Positions 39,190 to 52,215 are shown, numbered from the stretch's first letter. The stretch is 64,000 nucleotides of DNA from Blepharisma stoltei ATCC 30299 (GCA_965603825.1 CBFDEM010000062.1:558001-622000), one strand, 5' to 3'. The notes: generated by a model from the sequence alone, not told the origin. Program-made: numbers and translations.

Positions 39190-42100
39190 TTAATTATCAC
39201 AATAATTCAAAAACTTTTCCCAAGAATCGCCCAAGTAAACTGATAAGTCACTCCCCATAACTCCATGAAGCCTTTCTAGTAGCTTTCTTTCAGATCCACC
39301 TATATTCCCGTCCTCCAGCAGCTTTATCACATAAGGAATAATATATTTGTGTATCAAGCTTGGCCTTTGAGAATAGACAATCGATAAAGAATCAATCAGC
39401 AACGTATATAAAAACAGCCATGCTTTGTCTTTATCTCTCTTTATGCACTGTAGTAGTGAAGGCAAGATTTGCGATAGATCACCTTGGTGTATTAAAATCC
39501 TGCATACATCTTTGGCATTATTTCTCAATAAATTATTTGGAGAGTTCAACAAATTTACGAGCCCAGGCAGCAAAGGAGAAATATCAGGCTTATTTGTGGT
39601 GCAAGGCAGCAATTTTGAAATCACAGTCAAAGTGTGCATAGACACTCTTGAGTCTTCATCATTGAGTCCTGTAATTAAGCAATGTAAAGACTTGCTTGTG
39701 ATTGTTTTTGACTTTATCCCTAAATCTTTTAATTTAGAAATAGCTTCAACTCTTCTAATCCAGTCGTCGTTATTTAAATCTTCTCTTATCACATCAATAG
39801 GCTCAGACGATTTGGCCCTGAAAGGAGATCTTATGATCATTTCTTGGTTTTTTAAAATTTTTTTAAATGGAGATTCTGCTTCAACTTTGCTTAGACTTTC
39901 CTTAGTAATAATATAGTCATTTGTATTTAATGCACGTTTCAATAATTTATCAAAATCCGAAGGAATTACAGAGTTTAGATAGTTTAGTGCAGCTTTTGCG
40001 TTAAACCTTACTTCAGCTGAAGCTTCTCTTGACAAAGCAGCTAGAAGTTGTATCATCCTTTCTAATTCTTTAATTCTTCGAATATCATTGCTTCGATGTT
40101 CAAAAATTGAATGAAAGCACATCGCAGTTTTGGCTTTTATTTGTGAGGACCTTGTACTATTGACAGCTTGAAATAAAATACCTATTGTCCTTGAATCACT
40201 GCAATGCTTGCATACATTTACTAGCGATTTTTCAGCTTGCTCTGAAATAAATACGTTTGTGTCAGCACTTTTACGCAATAGACAGTTTAAAATTGACTCC
40301 AGCTCTGGGTCAACTAATTTTGGTATAGCTGCACACATTTCGCCTATGACAATTAAAGCGTTTTTTGATAAGCTGGACCTGAGCGAATCAGCTCATTTTA
40401 ATGCCTGAATTACCATACTGTGAATAGGAGCATTAGCGAACATTGACGAGTTGTATTTTAAAAGCCTTCGCAATTTATTCAGCATTTCAAATTGCTGGCT
40501 TCATTCTGTAGGGTCAGATTTTAGGTACTCCATGAACTCCAACTCGGGGTTTTCTATAGGGTCAAGCTCTTCTCGTTTTAAATAGACAACATCTACTGCT
40601 TTAATTGCTGGCCGCTTATGAGAGTCATCAGCTACTTCGCGCTCTATGTTTACTGAGCGGCTCATAGGAGTTCCACTTATGCTAGATTTTCTTACCAAAA
40701 GAGGGGATCGGGCGACTATTGGCTTTTCTTGAGGTTTTGGAGATTCAAGGTTTGAGCTTCGGGCTAGAGATGATAATCGTTCGTTTAAGGCGGTAGTAAA
40801 ACGAGTTGGTGAAAGAGCTTCAGAAGTTTCAGTTATTGACATTCCTGTGTTATGATATGATGCGACAGGAGCTGAGCCTGGGATTATTTTAGGAAGTTCT
40901 ACTCAGTCATCTCTAAGTGATGCAACTCCTTTTTTCTTCATCCTTGCTTTAAGCCTTTCAATTGCTACCTCATCAGCTTCAACTCTGTCTAGAACTTGAC
41001 TTATTCCTTCACTTTGTCCCAATAGAACCAAAGTCTCCGTCGCGACGAATCTGATTTTAGCTTTTACATCACTTAGCAGCAAAGAAACAGGTCTTACTAA
41101 ATTTGAATAGTCAAAATAATTAGAGTTATTTTTTTCTAGTATTGCAGTCATAATCAAAACTAAGCATCCTTCACGAATGTGCCAATTCTCATTTTTCAAG
41201 TTTTCTAAAAAATATGGAAAATAAGTGTCAGGTACCATTTCTCTCATAAGAGATCTGAATACTTTAAATGTATTCTGCCGGAATGCCAGCTTCTCGTCGC
41301 CAATTTTTTCAATAAAAGGCTGTATTAAAGGTGTAAAATTCGCTTTTTTAGTGATTCCTCTAATTTCCAACATTTCTTGAAATAGCTTTAAAGCACCTAT
41401 GACAATTCTATAATTAGTTTCTTCCAGCAAATGCTTTAAAAAATCCAAAATTCCAGGCAAATATTTATCAAGCTCGCTGCCAATCCCACTCAAGCTTTCC
41501 TTCAATTCTTCCATTGCAGTTAATTTTTCTTTCCAGCTTGAGCTTGAAGTTATGTGATGAGCAAAATCTGGGTCTAAAATTCTCGGCACATCCGGTTTTC
41601 TTGAAGGACTCAAAGGGATATGTTCAGGAGCAGTCCCACTTTCAATAGTCTCGACCAATTCATTATTTAATTTATCTCTAAGTTCTGGGATTGCAATTAA
41701 TCTTCTTGCAGTTTGTAAAGCTGTGTTATTTACAATAGGGTCGTTAAACATATGAATGATATCCATCATAAGTTCTGAGTCTACATAATTTTGCATTAAG
41801 CTTAAACTTCTTAGGCATGAACTTCTCACTCGGTCATTTTCGTGCTTTAATCCAGCTTTTATAGCTTGGATTACTTCGTTTGGGGCTGCTTTTGAGGCTA
41901 ATGCAATGCAATTGAACGCAGTTCGCGATATTATTGAGTGCGGCGAGCCAAACTTGTTAATTACTAAAGGGAGCAAATGAATTATGTGAGGGGTGCATTC
42001 GGGTAAAAGCTGCTGAAGAAGTTGCAAGGACCGACCTGAAACTTCTAGATCTTCGTTTTCGATGCTTACGGCTTCGATAGCTTTATAAAGCTCTTCTGAA

Positions 42101-42195
42101 CCTTTGTTTACCATTGCTAGCCACGTCATGGCTTTAAGGACTTCTTTAAGCTTTTCTAAGTCTTGGGTCTTTAGCTCTTGTAATAAAGCTTCCAT
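39190..42195 (-). CDS. TOG/HEAT-repeat microtubule regulator (crescerin/TOGARAM/CLASP-like, 1001 aa)
   Basis: Three ORFs in one frame via TGA=W. TOG signatures SWKEK..AM, NW.IRE, DSLRSSLSKNA, DTNVFISEQAEKSL, DW..RVEAI. Confidence 0.8.
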
Positions 42196-43001
42196 TTATT
42201 ATGGAACGGCAGTTTTGGAATCAACTAGAGAAACATTCAAAGAATTGATATAACTAAAGAGGAGAATCAAATAAAAGCATGCAAATGAAATTTTGAAGCG
42301 AAAATGGATAATAATTAAATAAAGAATTAATTTGAAGAAAAAAGATAAATTTGGACAATTGATAAACCCTAATTTTTTATTTGGAGATATAAGATTTCAC
42401 TTTTTCAGATAGCAATTATTTCACTTTAAATGAAATTATTTATTCGAATGTTTTAGTAGTCAAAAATTACAATTTGCCACTAGAATTAAAATCTGATTCA
42501 ATTAACAAGCATACGCTATATGATCATTTTAAAGCTGTCATTATAATAACTAATAATTGCATTTTAAAATCTTTTACTTATAGATATAACAGAAATAATT
42601 GTTTGCTCTCAAGCGATATCGGCTTTTCTAAAAATCATGACTTTTAATATCTTTTCTCTCTTAGTTGGAAAAGAAGACTCAAGATCTATTTTAGATACTT
42701 ATGTAATTTTTTTTGCATTCCTGATTAAATAAAATTAATTAATCTAAGATTTCAATTCAAAGATGCAAAATAATCTTTTCCCATAAGTCTTAAAATTGTT
42801 GAAACTTTGCCATAATTAAAATCAGTTAATTCCTTCTCCATACTTTAGTAGGAGATTAAAAAGCTTCTCATGTGAATAGAGTTTTTCTAAATTTTTCATA
42901 ATTAGAACCATGCAACATATCCTTTATTTATTAATTTCATTTAACTCTACTGGACAAATACTCAAAAATTCTAAAATGCTGGCAACATATAATAAGGCAA
43001 T

Positions 43002-44585
43002 ATGAAATTCCGAAATCGAAGAGATGTTTTTCAATTTATGGCTGTAACAGGAAGTATTATCTCATTCATAGCGAGCATCGTGATTTCTCTTCTCTCAATT
43101 TTCTTCGTCAACTGAAGCAAGTTTTCAATATCCGGTCAAAGTTTTAATTATTCGCTTCTCCAATGCACAGATTGTTCAAGCGAGTTTTCCAAAACCTTCT
43201 ACACTTGCTTATCACAGCTATCTTGTCCTGATAGCTCAGATTTTTGTGATAAAGGTAAAAACGTCTATTATGCGTTTTCTATAGTGATTTTTTGTGAAAT
43301 TTTTTCAGTAACTTTTATTTGCTTTTTATTAGAAAGATTGGTATTCATGTTTTTAAAAAAGGATCATGGAAAATCTTGAATATTTTATGTGCTGGCCCCT
43401 TTAATTTTGGTTTCAAAATTAGTTGAATTAGGATGCTATTTTGGGCTTACAGAATCGAACTTAAATGGAAACTGTGACGCAGATAATGAGATTTGTAATG
43501 AAAGCGGCCCTTTATTGATGGTTATTTCTGTTTTTTTGACTAGCATAGGGGGAGCATTAAGCTTAGCTCTAATATATAAGATTAAAAGTTCAAGAGACAG
43601 TGTAGCTTATAAGAGAAATGAAGAAATAATGGCATGGTTTTCTCAGAGAATTTTCCCAGCAATTCTTATAAGCATTTTATTCATTGGACTCAGCTTTGGA
43701 TTTAACTGGATAAGTTATCAAGATAATAAGCAGAATTACGGAACTCTTCTAAACTTGAATGAATTTAAAGACAAAAGCACCATGAACTACTCTTGTATAA
43801 GTGGACCGACGTGCGCACAAGCAATGGGAACTCCTCAGCTGCAAAGATATTGCAATGCTTTTGATAGAGTTTATAACGCAGGAAACACTTATATTACAAT
43901 GATCACAATTTCTCTACTATTTTTATTTCTCTGAATAGAAGGCTTAATATATACGATTTTTAATTCAAAATTCGGGATTTCTGAGTTAAACTATGTCTGG
44001 CCAACCATGTGTGTTTTATTCCATTTTATGGGGACTGTAGGCTGGTTTACTATTTCTGATGGAAGTTTCTCTGCTAATTGCAATGTCGCTTCAGAGGATA
44101 CTGACATATCATTCTGCGCAGAAAACGGAGCAATATTTAGCATAATCAGTTTGATTTCTCTATCACTCACAGCAATATTTTACTGCTTTTTATTTTATAA
44201 ACATGAAAAAGCAAAGTCTCTTGTACAGCCTAAGGCAACCAAAATTGGAGGTCTAAAGAAAATTATATTGGACGACCAGCCAATCAAAGACGTTCATATT
44301 GAAGATCTTAATGACACAAAGTGCATGGATCAGTTTGATAATAGAAATAGCTGCAAAATTGAAGCACAAGAAACTTATATTTTTGATGAAGCTATTTCAC
44401 GTAAAGCTAGTACTATGGATACGCAGGAAAATGATTTAGAAGTGAATCCTAAAGAAAAGTGTGGAAGCTGCAAGAAAATTATTCAAGCAAAATCGACGAT
44501 TGTAGGTGAATGTGGACATGAAATACATAAAAATTGTAAACTTCGGAGGGATGGAGAAAATCGGTGTGCAAGATGTCCTAAATAA
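43002..44585 (+). CDS. Multi-TM protein (two claudin-like 4TM modules) with C-terminal RING-like finger (527 aa)
   Basis: ATG 43002, open through TGA codons to TAA 44583-44585. About 8 hydrophobic segments with Cys-rich loops; C-terminal CGSC...CGHEIHKNC...CARCP. Confidence 0.7.
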
Positions 44586-44742
44586 AAGTATATAAAATCT
44601 GCCTTTAATAACCATATATAATATTGGAAATATAGAATTTTTGTACAAGTTATATAAATATAAGGCAATACTTAAGTAAAATCATATTATTTCAGTAAAT
44701 AAATATTTTTCACGTGTTAATATTAGATAAATCTACTATGAT

Positions 44743-47055
44743 CTAAAATTTAAACTCTTCCTGATCTGCATCCTCAATGTCATCTTCCACTCTGAAAAAC
44801 GGAATATTCATCATTTTCGCGTTTTCATCGGCTCTCTTCATCTGTGAGTAAGAATAAAACTCATTAAAATCAAGTCTAAATGCTAAAAACTTCAAATGGT
44901 TTCTATCAGTTTCCGCTAGCTGCTCCCGAAACTTATTAACTCCATCAGAGAAAATTTCTGAAATTTGCTTGATATCTTCAATACTTTCTAAAGAAATTCT
45001 AGAAATCGCATCTTCTCCTTCGTCCTCACTCAACATCTTTGATAATCTGTCATATTCTTCTTTTGCAGATAAAAATAAAGTGTTTTGGCTCTGTCGGAAT
45101 CTTAAAGCTGGCTCTAAAAGCCGCAATAGCTGCTTTAGAATTGCATCAGTTTCGGAGCCGAGGAAAGACTTCATGATCAATTTGTCTAAAAATGCATTGT
45201 GGACTTCTATGATTTGGTCTAAATCTTGCACAGAGTCTAAGCTTTTCATAAACTCAGCCCAAGACCCTTCGACTACTTCAACCATTAGATAGTTCATTAA
45301 GTTGTTAACGAAGTGCAAAATTTCAGTTTTCCTTAATAAGCAGCTATGAATTATTGGCGCGATTTCTTTCATTTTTTGCAGCATTATAATTTCTCTCCCA
45401 GCTTGATATGAATTTAATGAAAATTGTACCCGCTTAAGTCTCCATAAGAATTTAAATATCCTTAAATATTTTTCCATTGCTTGTGGAGTAAAAATTGTAT
45501 TTAGTGGCGGATCTACCTTATAGTCTAATGTAAACACATCCCATCCTATATCTCCTGGCGATACCTCTAAAAATTTGACATCAAGCCTATTTAAAAATTC
45601 CAAGTCATGGAATTGTGCATTACTTGATTTTATTGCCGATTCCAATATAGAAAATAAATTATGTTTATATATTTTCTCAGCTTTTTCTTTAAGTGTATCA
45701 TTAACTAATTCCATCAGAATATGGTGAAAATCTCCTTGCCCTAGCAGTAAATATTTTCTAATACTATTGCAATGCTCTTTAAACCTATATTTCTCAAATA
45801 ACACCTTTACAAGCTCAGCATTAGCAACCCTAGCTGCTGAGTCTACCCATTTCGACAATCCTACTAAATCATGGATTTTAGGCAGTTCTAACGGTGAAGC
45901 TGCTATTCAGTTTTCTTCCTTGCAGCATCTTCGCAAAAAGTTTATGCTTTTCCCAGTCAATAAGATCTTATTTGCGAGCTGAGGAGTAAAAAAGGAAGGC
46001 ACCATCTCAGTATTTAAGCTGTATTTCTGGGTCCATAATCTGTCATCTGGGGTAGCTAGATTTGTAGAGACAAAAAATTCATGGTAAGGGTCATTAATTT
46101 CTCCCTCAAGCATCCATTGCTGGATCATTTGCACTATTGGCATAGAGACTTCATCAAGAATCCTAATGATAATTGCTTTGACTGAGGGGTTGCCTATTAA
46201 GGTATAAGAATATAAAGATGAAACTAAAGCCCCTCCTTTAAGACCTTCGGCAGCATCAGAAATAATAGCAAGCCACTTCATTCTTTCTAATGGCTCTGTG
46301 CATCATAGCATTATTTTTCTTAAATTCAAATCTTTAAGCTCATCTCTCTGCTGCTCTAAGAGTGCTATTAATCTGTAATATTCAGCCAAGTCGCTTTGCA
46401 AAGCATAGCACAAGCTCTGGCTTGTTAATGAAGGCTGCTCTATATTTGTGTCAATATATTTTACTACTTTTTTATAAAGCCAGCCAAGCTCTGCAAGTTC
46501 TCCAACCATCTTCCTAATTGGATCTGGAACACCTATATTTGGCTGGATCACATAAGAGTCTTCAAGCATTGAGAAAGTTATGTATTTCCCTTCAATTCCT
46601 TGTATTGCAAATAAAATATCCCTTAAAATTTCTTTTTCAAGCACAGGCATCTGTGCATCTGGCCCTTTTTTGGAGATGATCGGGATTTTTTCTTTGATTT
46701 TAGGTGCTTCTGGAGGTCTTGGAGCTAGAAGTTCTAATGAAGATCCTGGAATCGCTACTGAGTTATCATCAAATAATTTGCTTAGGACATATAAGATAGC
46801 CCACCTTCTTGATAGCCCTCTTGATCTTGTCAGTCTTATGTATAAATCTTGTAGCTTCGCTGTGTTTTGTGGGCTAATTCTCCTTAGAATTGAATTAAGA
46901 ATCTGAGATTCGTCCTCAACTACAGTCGGATTTATGCGGCTTGCAAGTAAACGTAAAAAATAAGGCTGATACCTAGGTATTACTTCAGCTGGAAGCTCTT
47001 GTTTAAGCAGTCTTTCTATGAGAACTGGGACGCGTTTAGCACTATCTGGATCCAT
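44743..47055 (-). CDS. TUBGCP3: Gamma-tubulin complex component 3 (Spc98/GCP3)
   Basis: Three ORFs joined by TGA=W (770 aa). Motifs QGIEGKYI, ELAELGWLY, KILLTGKSINFLR, YLLLGQGDF, GWDVFTLDYKV, FRLDFNEFY. Confidence 0.9.
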
Positions 47056-47095
47056 TTGCCGCTATTTCAAAATTATTTATTAGATTATTACAAAA

Positions 47096-48064
47096 TTATT
47101 CTTCCAAGATATTTTCATCAGTTTTATCGTCGTCTGGAACGTCAATAGGGCTTGGACTAGGGTTAGAAGGTGGAGACTCATGTATAAATTGACGGCGAGT
47201 GTTGATAGTCCCTATTGTTTTATCTGTAAAGTGACTTTGCATAAGCTCCCATATTGAGGACTCATTTATATTTCGATGTGGCTTAAGAGTGTATAGAGGC
47301 TTTTTCTTATAAAACGCCATAAAGCATACTGAAAAAACACAGAGAAAACAAAAAGTTGCTCCAAGAGCTAAAGAAATGCAGCAGATAATTCCAGCACTTT
47401 CGACAGCATCATGAATTTGATCAATGCAGCTATCATCAGCCTTTCCAGAATAGAAAATAGGATTATCATAAACACAGATCCCGCCACACTTAAAGGTTTT
47501 TTCAATTTTTTTAACAGTGTTTATGTCTTTATCCATTCCTTGGAAACATTTTCCTTGTTGGTAGCATGAACATTGTGAGAGATCCCCTCTGCATCCTGAG
47601 CTATCAGCTTCGTGGTAGACCATAGCAAGACTTGTAAAGGTCTCTGAGTTCTCACAAGAAGAAGGGTCAGAGAGTTCTGATAAAAGTGAGGATTTATAAG
47701 CTGAAACAGTAGCAGCAAAGTAGATATGGACAACTCCCAGAGTGATAAAGCTCAGCACAAAATTTATACTCATTATTTTCCAAAGACGCTTGGAAACGTC
47801 AAAAAGGCTGAAAACTCGAGATAAAGCGATGCCTAGGAGGCAGGAAATACCTGTAAAGATACTTATTAGGCATAAACCGACAGCGAAGTAGTTTGAGGAG
47901 TCAGTTGAAAAAATGAGCAGACTAAGGTAAAAGTTGAAGATTTCTATTATAAAGCATGACATGAACACTACTGCAGATGCAATCTGAGTGTGAGCTAGCT
48001 GGATTCTGGTGTACCAAGGTGGAAGCTTGACTTCGAGGTTTGGCAGATCTTTTATCTCTTCCAT
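47096..48064 (-). CDS. Tetraspanin-like 4TM protein (intact copy)
   Basis: 322 aa. Three N-terminal TMs, a large Cys-rich loop (FKCGGIC) and a fourth TM. Confidence 0.7.
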   Translation of the reverse strand: MEEIKDLPNLEVKLPPWYTRIQLAHTQIASAVVFMSCFIIEIFNFYLSLLIFSTDSSNYFAVGLCLISIFTGISCLLGIALSRVFSLFDVSKRLWKIMSINFVLSFITLGVVHIYFAATVSAYKSSLLSELSDPSSCENSETFTSLAMVYHEADSSGCRGDLSQCSCYQQGKCFQGMDKDINTVKKIEKTFKCGGICVYDNPIFYSGKADDSCIDQIHDAVESAGIICCISLALGATFCFLCVFSVCFMAFYKKKPLYTLKPHRNINESSIWELMQSHFTDKTIGTINTRRQFIHESPPSNPSPSPIDVPDDDKTDENILEE

Positions 48065-48532
48065 TTTATTATAAGATACGCAAGATCTTTAATTTTTCAG
48101 TTAAATTGCCTTTATAATTTAGTAGGCAAATATTAATCTTATAGAATAAAACTAAAATTATTTATCTTGCGGATTCTTTAAGCTTTTTTTCAATTGGATG
48201 AATATACAAGTTTTCATCATACTCAATAAAAGATGATCTCAACATGTATTCTTCAGAATTAGGAAAAACATTTATTCAGCTCATTGCTTTTTGAGGACTC
48301 TATGAATATTGTATACAAGGAAAATATAAAGGACTGCTGAAATGAATATAAGAACTCCTCCAGTCTCTCGAATTGAGTTTGAGTTATTAGCAGTAAAAAT
48401 CAGCCCAGTCAAAAATTGGAAAACAAACAGAGAAGTGGCAATTGAAGTTAAGCAGACTCTGGGCATAGAAATTCCTGTTGAGGTCCTATTGGTGTAATTT
48501 ACACACAAAATCAAATATTTGTGGACAAAAAA

Positions 48533-48547
48533 CTAAATAAATTTTAC
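48533..48547 (-). other. 15-nt intron (left TMEM63 copy)
   Basis: gtaaaatttatttag, identical to 52588..52602. Confidence 0.75.
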
Positions 48548-48594
48548 CTTAAATGTAAAATGTATCAGCCCAAAGATCATGATAATTGGGAAAA

Positions 48595-50211
48595 CTATTG
48601 AGTAGCACAAACAATGAGTAAAGAGTTAAGAGAGAGTGCAAATTCATAAGCATAATCAAAGGACAAAGCTTCTTGGGCAAGCAATTTTTCTTTTTCAGTT
48701 TCTGCAAATGATAGTCTAAACTTTGTGACTATAATTATAATTGGTTGCAGTAAATCAAAACCATTAGCTAGAAATGCTTGGTTTATTATAAAAATAGTGA
48801 AAAATACCCCTGTCTGAGTGATCGCGATCGGAAGCCTCATACCCCACGATCCCCAAAATCCTTCAAGGGTCAGCTGAATGAGAGTCTGTGACCCTAAAGC
48901 TTGAAGCAGGAAAATATAAAAGCCCATAAAAAGAAGGTACTTTACAAGCCTACTTGTAGTCTCCACAGATAGATGAACTCTTTGTTCTTTTTGAACTATG
49001 TATCATACAGAGTAATTCACAATTACAGCTTGGAAAAATAATAATACCAAAGTTGGGAAATTATCTTTAAATAAGCCATGCACAAATTGTTCACCATTAA
49101 AACTTGATAAGCCTTCCTTTACCAAGTACAAAAATCCTGCTGGTGTGACAAAAATAAAAAACAAAATAATAAAAAAGATCATCAGCAGCCACCTCTGCCA
49201 TTTTAAAACTTCATAATCTTCTTCCATGTTTTCCCATTTAATTTCTTCAGGTGCAGGAGCAGTCCTAACAACTCAGTTCAGCATTTTTTTCATTTCCATT
49301 AAATGCCTTTTAGCCCTTGCAGCAGATTCAGTCGTCCTAAAAGTGGCATAAGCAAATCCAGAGTTTCCTATTCGTTTCTCTTTTAGGTTATCTTTATAGT
49401 CTTTTTGGCATTTTTTAATTAATGACTCATAATATTCAATTGCATCTTCGGTTTTAAAAATTCCTGTACGGATTTCTTTGCGGGAGTGATGAGACTCTTG
49501 ATATTTTTTATAATGTTCTAATTTTTCTTCAGCATCAAGCAAGTTTTTGTGGACAATGTAGCTTTGAGCAAGATTTGGCACGACATAAAGTCCAAGAAAT
49601 TCATCAGCAAATTCCTTTTGTAGAGTAAAATATATTTTATATGATTTTAAACTTGCTCTTAAAAATATACAAAACCTTTTTCTCTTCCAATTGTTTTCAG
49701 AAATCGCACAATTTTTACAGAAATTAAAGCACTGCTCGTTGATTGAGATTTTTGATTTAGGGTCAACAATTGAAAACTTTATTCTGTATAATGCTGCAAG
49801 TTCCTTTCCAAATACTTCATAATTTTTTGTGAGTGCAACAATTAAGCATTTACGCTTTGACTTCAACAGATTTGAGTTTTGCAAAATAGCAGCAAGCCAG
49901 TTGCAAGATTCTGGTTTTTCAGGGTCATAAAACAAGATAATTGATGAAAAAACTATTTGAGAGATAAATTCAGAGCTTTCAATAATACTTAAACTAATTT
50001 GGGGACTTGAGGACATTGAGGTAAAGTGATAGGTGATCTCATGATTTTTAGAAATTTTAGGCTTTGGAAGATACATGCTATATAGCCATAGAGACATGAC
50101 ATCGTGGATATCTATGTGTTCATGCCTCAAAATCAGGCATTTTGAAACAATAAATTTATTTTCGTCCTTGTACCAATCACTCATCTTGAAAGCTGCTTTT
50201 TCACTATTCAT
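48595..50211 (-). CDS. Chimeric ORF: degenerate small-GTPase-fold domain fused to TMEM63 cytosolic/TM region
   Basis: ATG 50211 lies inside the insertion. About 190 codons read in frame into KIYFTLQKE of TMEM63; open via TGA=W until the frameshift near 48610. Confidence 0.45.
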
Positions 50212-50257
50212 GGTATAAATTATAAAGGGGGCTTATATTTATTATATTTTAGTATAT
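49638..50257. mobile_element. 617-bp insertion bounded by TAT direct repeats (IES-like or TSD-flanked captured segment)
   Basis: Empty site in right copy: aatatattt-TAT-cataaat (~53694). Filled site: TAT 49638-49640 ... TAT 50255-50257, flanks otherwise identical. Confidence 0.8.
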
Positions 50258-50647
50258 CATAAATTTTATCAATTGCTTCTTGCCTTGGAAGTCCACTGAT
50301 TTCTAGCACATAATTAAAATTTCTGATATTATTAGGATGAGCTTTAATTGAAACAGTTTTCAATACAATATATACCAAACTATACCCTAAAAGAGAAAAA
50401 AAGATAAAGAATACAATGCTTGCTACAAAGTAACTTTCGTCATCCAAAACATTGGAAATCCCTGTTTTAAGTATTATTGATCCTTCTGTTTGGTCACCTT
50501 GAGAATAAATCGGAACCAGCACGATCACCCCAAAAAAGCACATTACGGTAAGCCCAATAATGATTTGTATGTGAACAGCCATATAAATGTAGGCTTCGAG
50601 TCCACATTTGTCATAGATGTCATATAGGCTTGTATTTCATACCTTTA

Positions 50648-51109
50648 TTAGGAGAATTTTCAATGAGTTATCGGATTCTGAAAATACAGCATTTTTAGGG
50701 ATAATATTAGGGTTGTCCCTTTTTTGGGGATGATTGGGATTTTTTCTTTGATTTTAGGTGCTTCTGGAGGTCTTGGAGCTAGAAGTTCTAATGAAGATCC
50801 TGGAATCGCTACTGAGTTATCATCAAATAATTTGCTTAGGACATATAAGATAGCCCACCTTCTTGATAGCCCTCTTGATTTTGTCAGTCTTATGTATAAA
50901 TCTTGTAGCTTCGCTGTGTTTTGTGGGCTAATTCTCCTTAGAATTGAATTAAGAATCTGAGATTCGTCCTCAACTACAGTCGGATTTATGCGGCTTGCAA
51001 GTAAACGTAAAAAATAAGGCTGATACCTAGGTATTACTTCAGCTGGAAGCTCTTGTTTAAGCAGTCTTTCTATGAGAACTGGGACGCGTTTAGCACTATC
51101 TGGATCCAT
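50648..51109 (-). pseudogene. Truncated GCP3 N-terminal fragment from the duplication
   Basis: First ~131 aa nearly identical to GCP3, then out-of-frame TMEM63 sequence to TAA at 50648-50650. Confidence 0.85.
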
Positions 51110-51149
51110 TTGCCGCTATTTCAAAATTATTTATTAGATTATTACAAAA

Positions 51150-52118
51150 TTATTCTTCCAAGATATTTTCATCAGTTTTATCGTCGTCTGGAACGTCAAT
51201 AGGGCTTGGACTAGGGTTAGAAGGTGGAGACTCATGTATAAATTGACGGCGAGTGTTGATAGTCCCTATTGTTTTATCTGTAAAGTGACTTTGCATAAGC
51301 TCCCATATTGAGGACTCATTTATATTTCGATGTGGCTTAAGAGTGTATAGAGGCTTTTTCTTATAAAACGCCATAAAGCATACTGAAAAAACACAGAGAA
51401 AACAAAAAGTTGCTCCAAGAGCTAAAGAAATGCAGCAGATAATTCCAGCACTTTCGACAGCATCATGAATTTGATCAATGCAGCTATCATCAGCCTTTCC
51501 AGAATAGAAAATAGGATTATCATAAACACAGATCCCGCCACACTTAAAGGTTTTTTCAATTTTTTTAACAGTGTTTATGTCTTTATCCGTTCCTTGGAAA
51601 CATTTTCCTTGTTGGTAGCATGAACATTGTGAGAGATCCCCTCTGCATCCTGAGCTATCAGCTTCGTGGTAGACCATAGCAAGACTTGTAAAGGTCTCTG
51701 AGTTCTCACAAGAAGAAGGGTCAGAGAGTTCTGATAAAAGTGAGGATTTATAAGCTGAAACAGTAGCAGCAAAGTAGATATGGACAACTCCCAGAGTGAT
51801 AAAGCTCAGCACAAAATTTATACTCATTATTTTCCAAAGACGCTTGGAAACGTCAAAAAGGCTGAAAACTCGAGATAAAGCGATGCCTAGGAGGCAGGAA
51901 ATACCTGTAAAGATACTTATTAGGCATAAACCGACAGCGAATTAATTTGAGGAGTCAGTTGAAAAAATGAGTAGACTAAGTTAAAAGTTGAAGATTTCTA
52001 TTATAAAGCATGACAGGAACACTACTGCAGATGCAATCTGAGTGTGAGCTAGCTGGATTCTGGTGTACCAAGGTGGAAGCTTGACTTCGAGGTTTGGCAG
52101 ATCTTTTATCTCTTCCAT
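51150..52118 (-). pseudogene. Tetraspanin-like pseudogene (right copy)
   Basis: Two TAC>TAA nonsense changes (51981-51983 and 51942-51944) relative to 47096..48064. Confidence 0.85.
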
Positions 52119-52215
52119 TTTATTATAAGATACGCAAGATCTTTAATTTTTCAGTTAAATTGCCTTTATAATTTAGTAGGCAAATATTAATCTTATAGAA
52201 TAAAACTAAAATTAT

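Larger units (their letters stand above)
46663..50716. repeat. Tandem segmental duplication, left copy (includes 617-bp insertion)
   Basis: Near-identical to 50717..54156 apart from the insertion. Junction ...attagggttgt|cccttttttggg at 50716/50717. Confidence 0.95.
48162..50716 (-). pseudogene. 5'-truncated, insertion-interrupted OSCA/TMEM63 copy
   Basis: Lacks the first ~39 codons. Has a 617-bp insertion, 1-nt homopolymer deletions near 48610 and 48290, and AGA>TGA at 49003. Confidence 0.8.

Noticed and set aside
49003-49005. TGA as a nonsense mutation in the left TMEM63 copy
   Set aside because: In this code it is an Arg>Trp missense change, not a stop.
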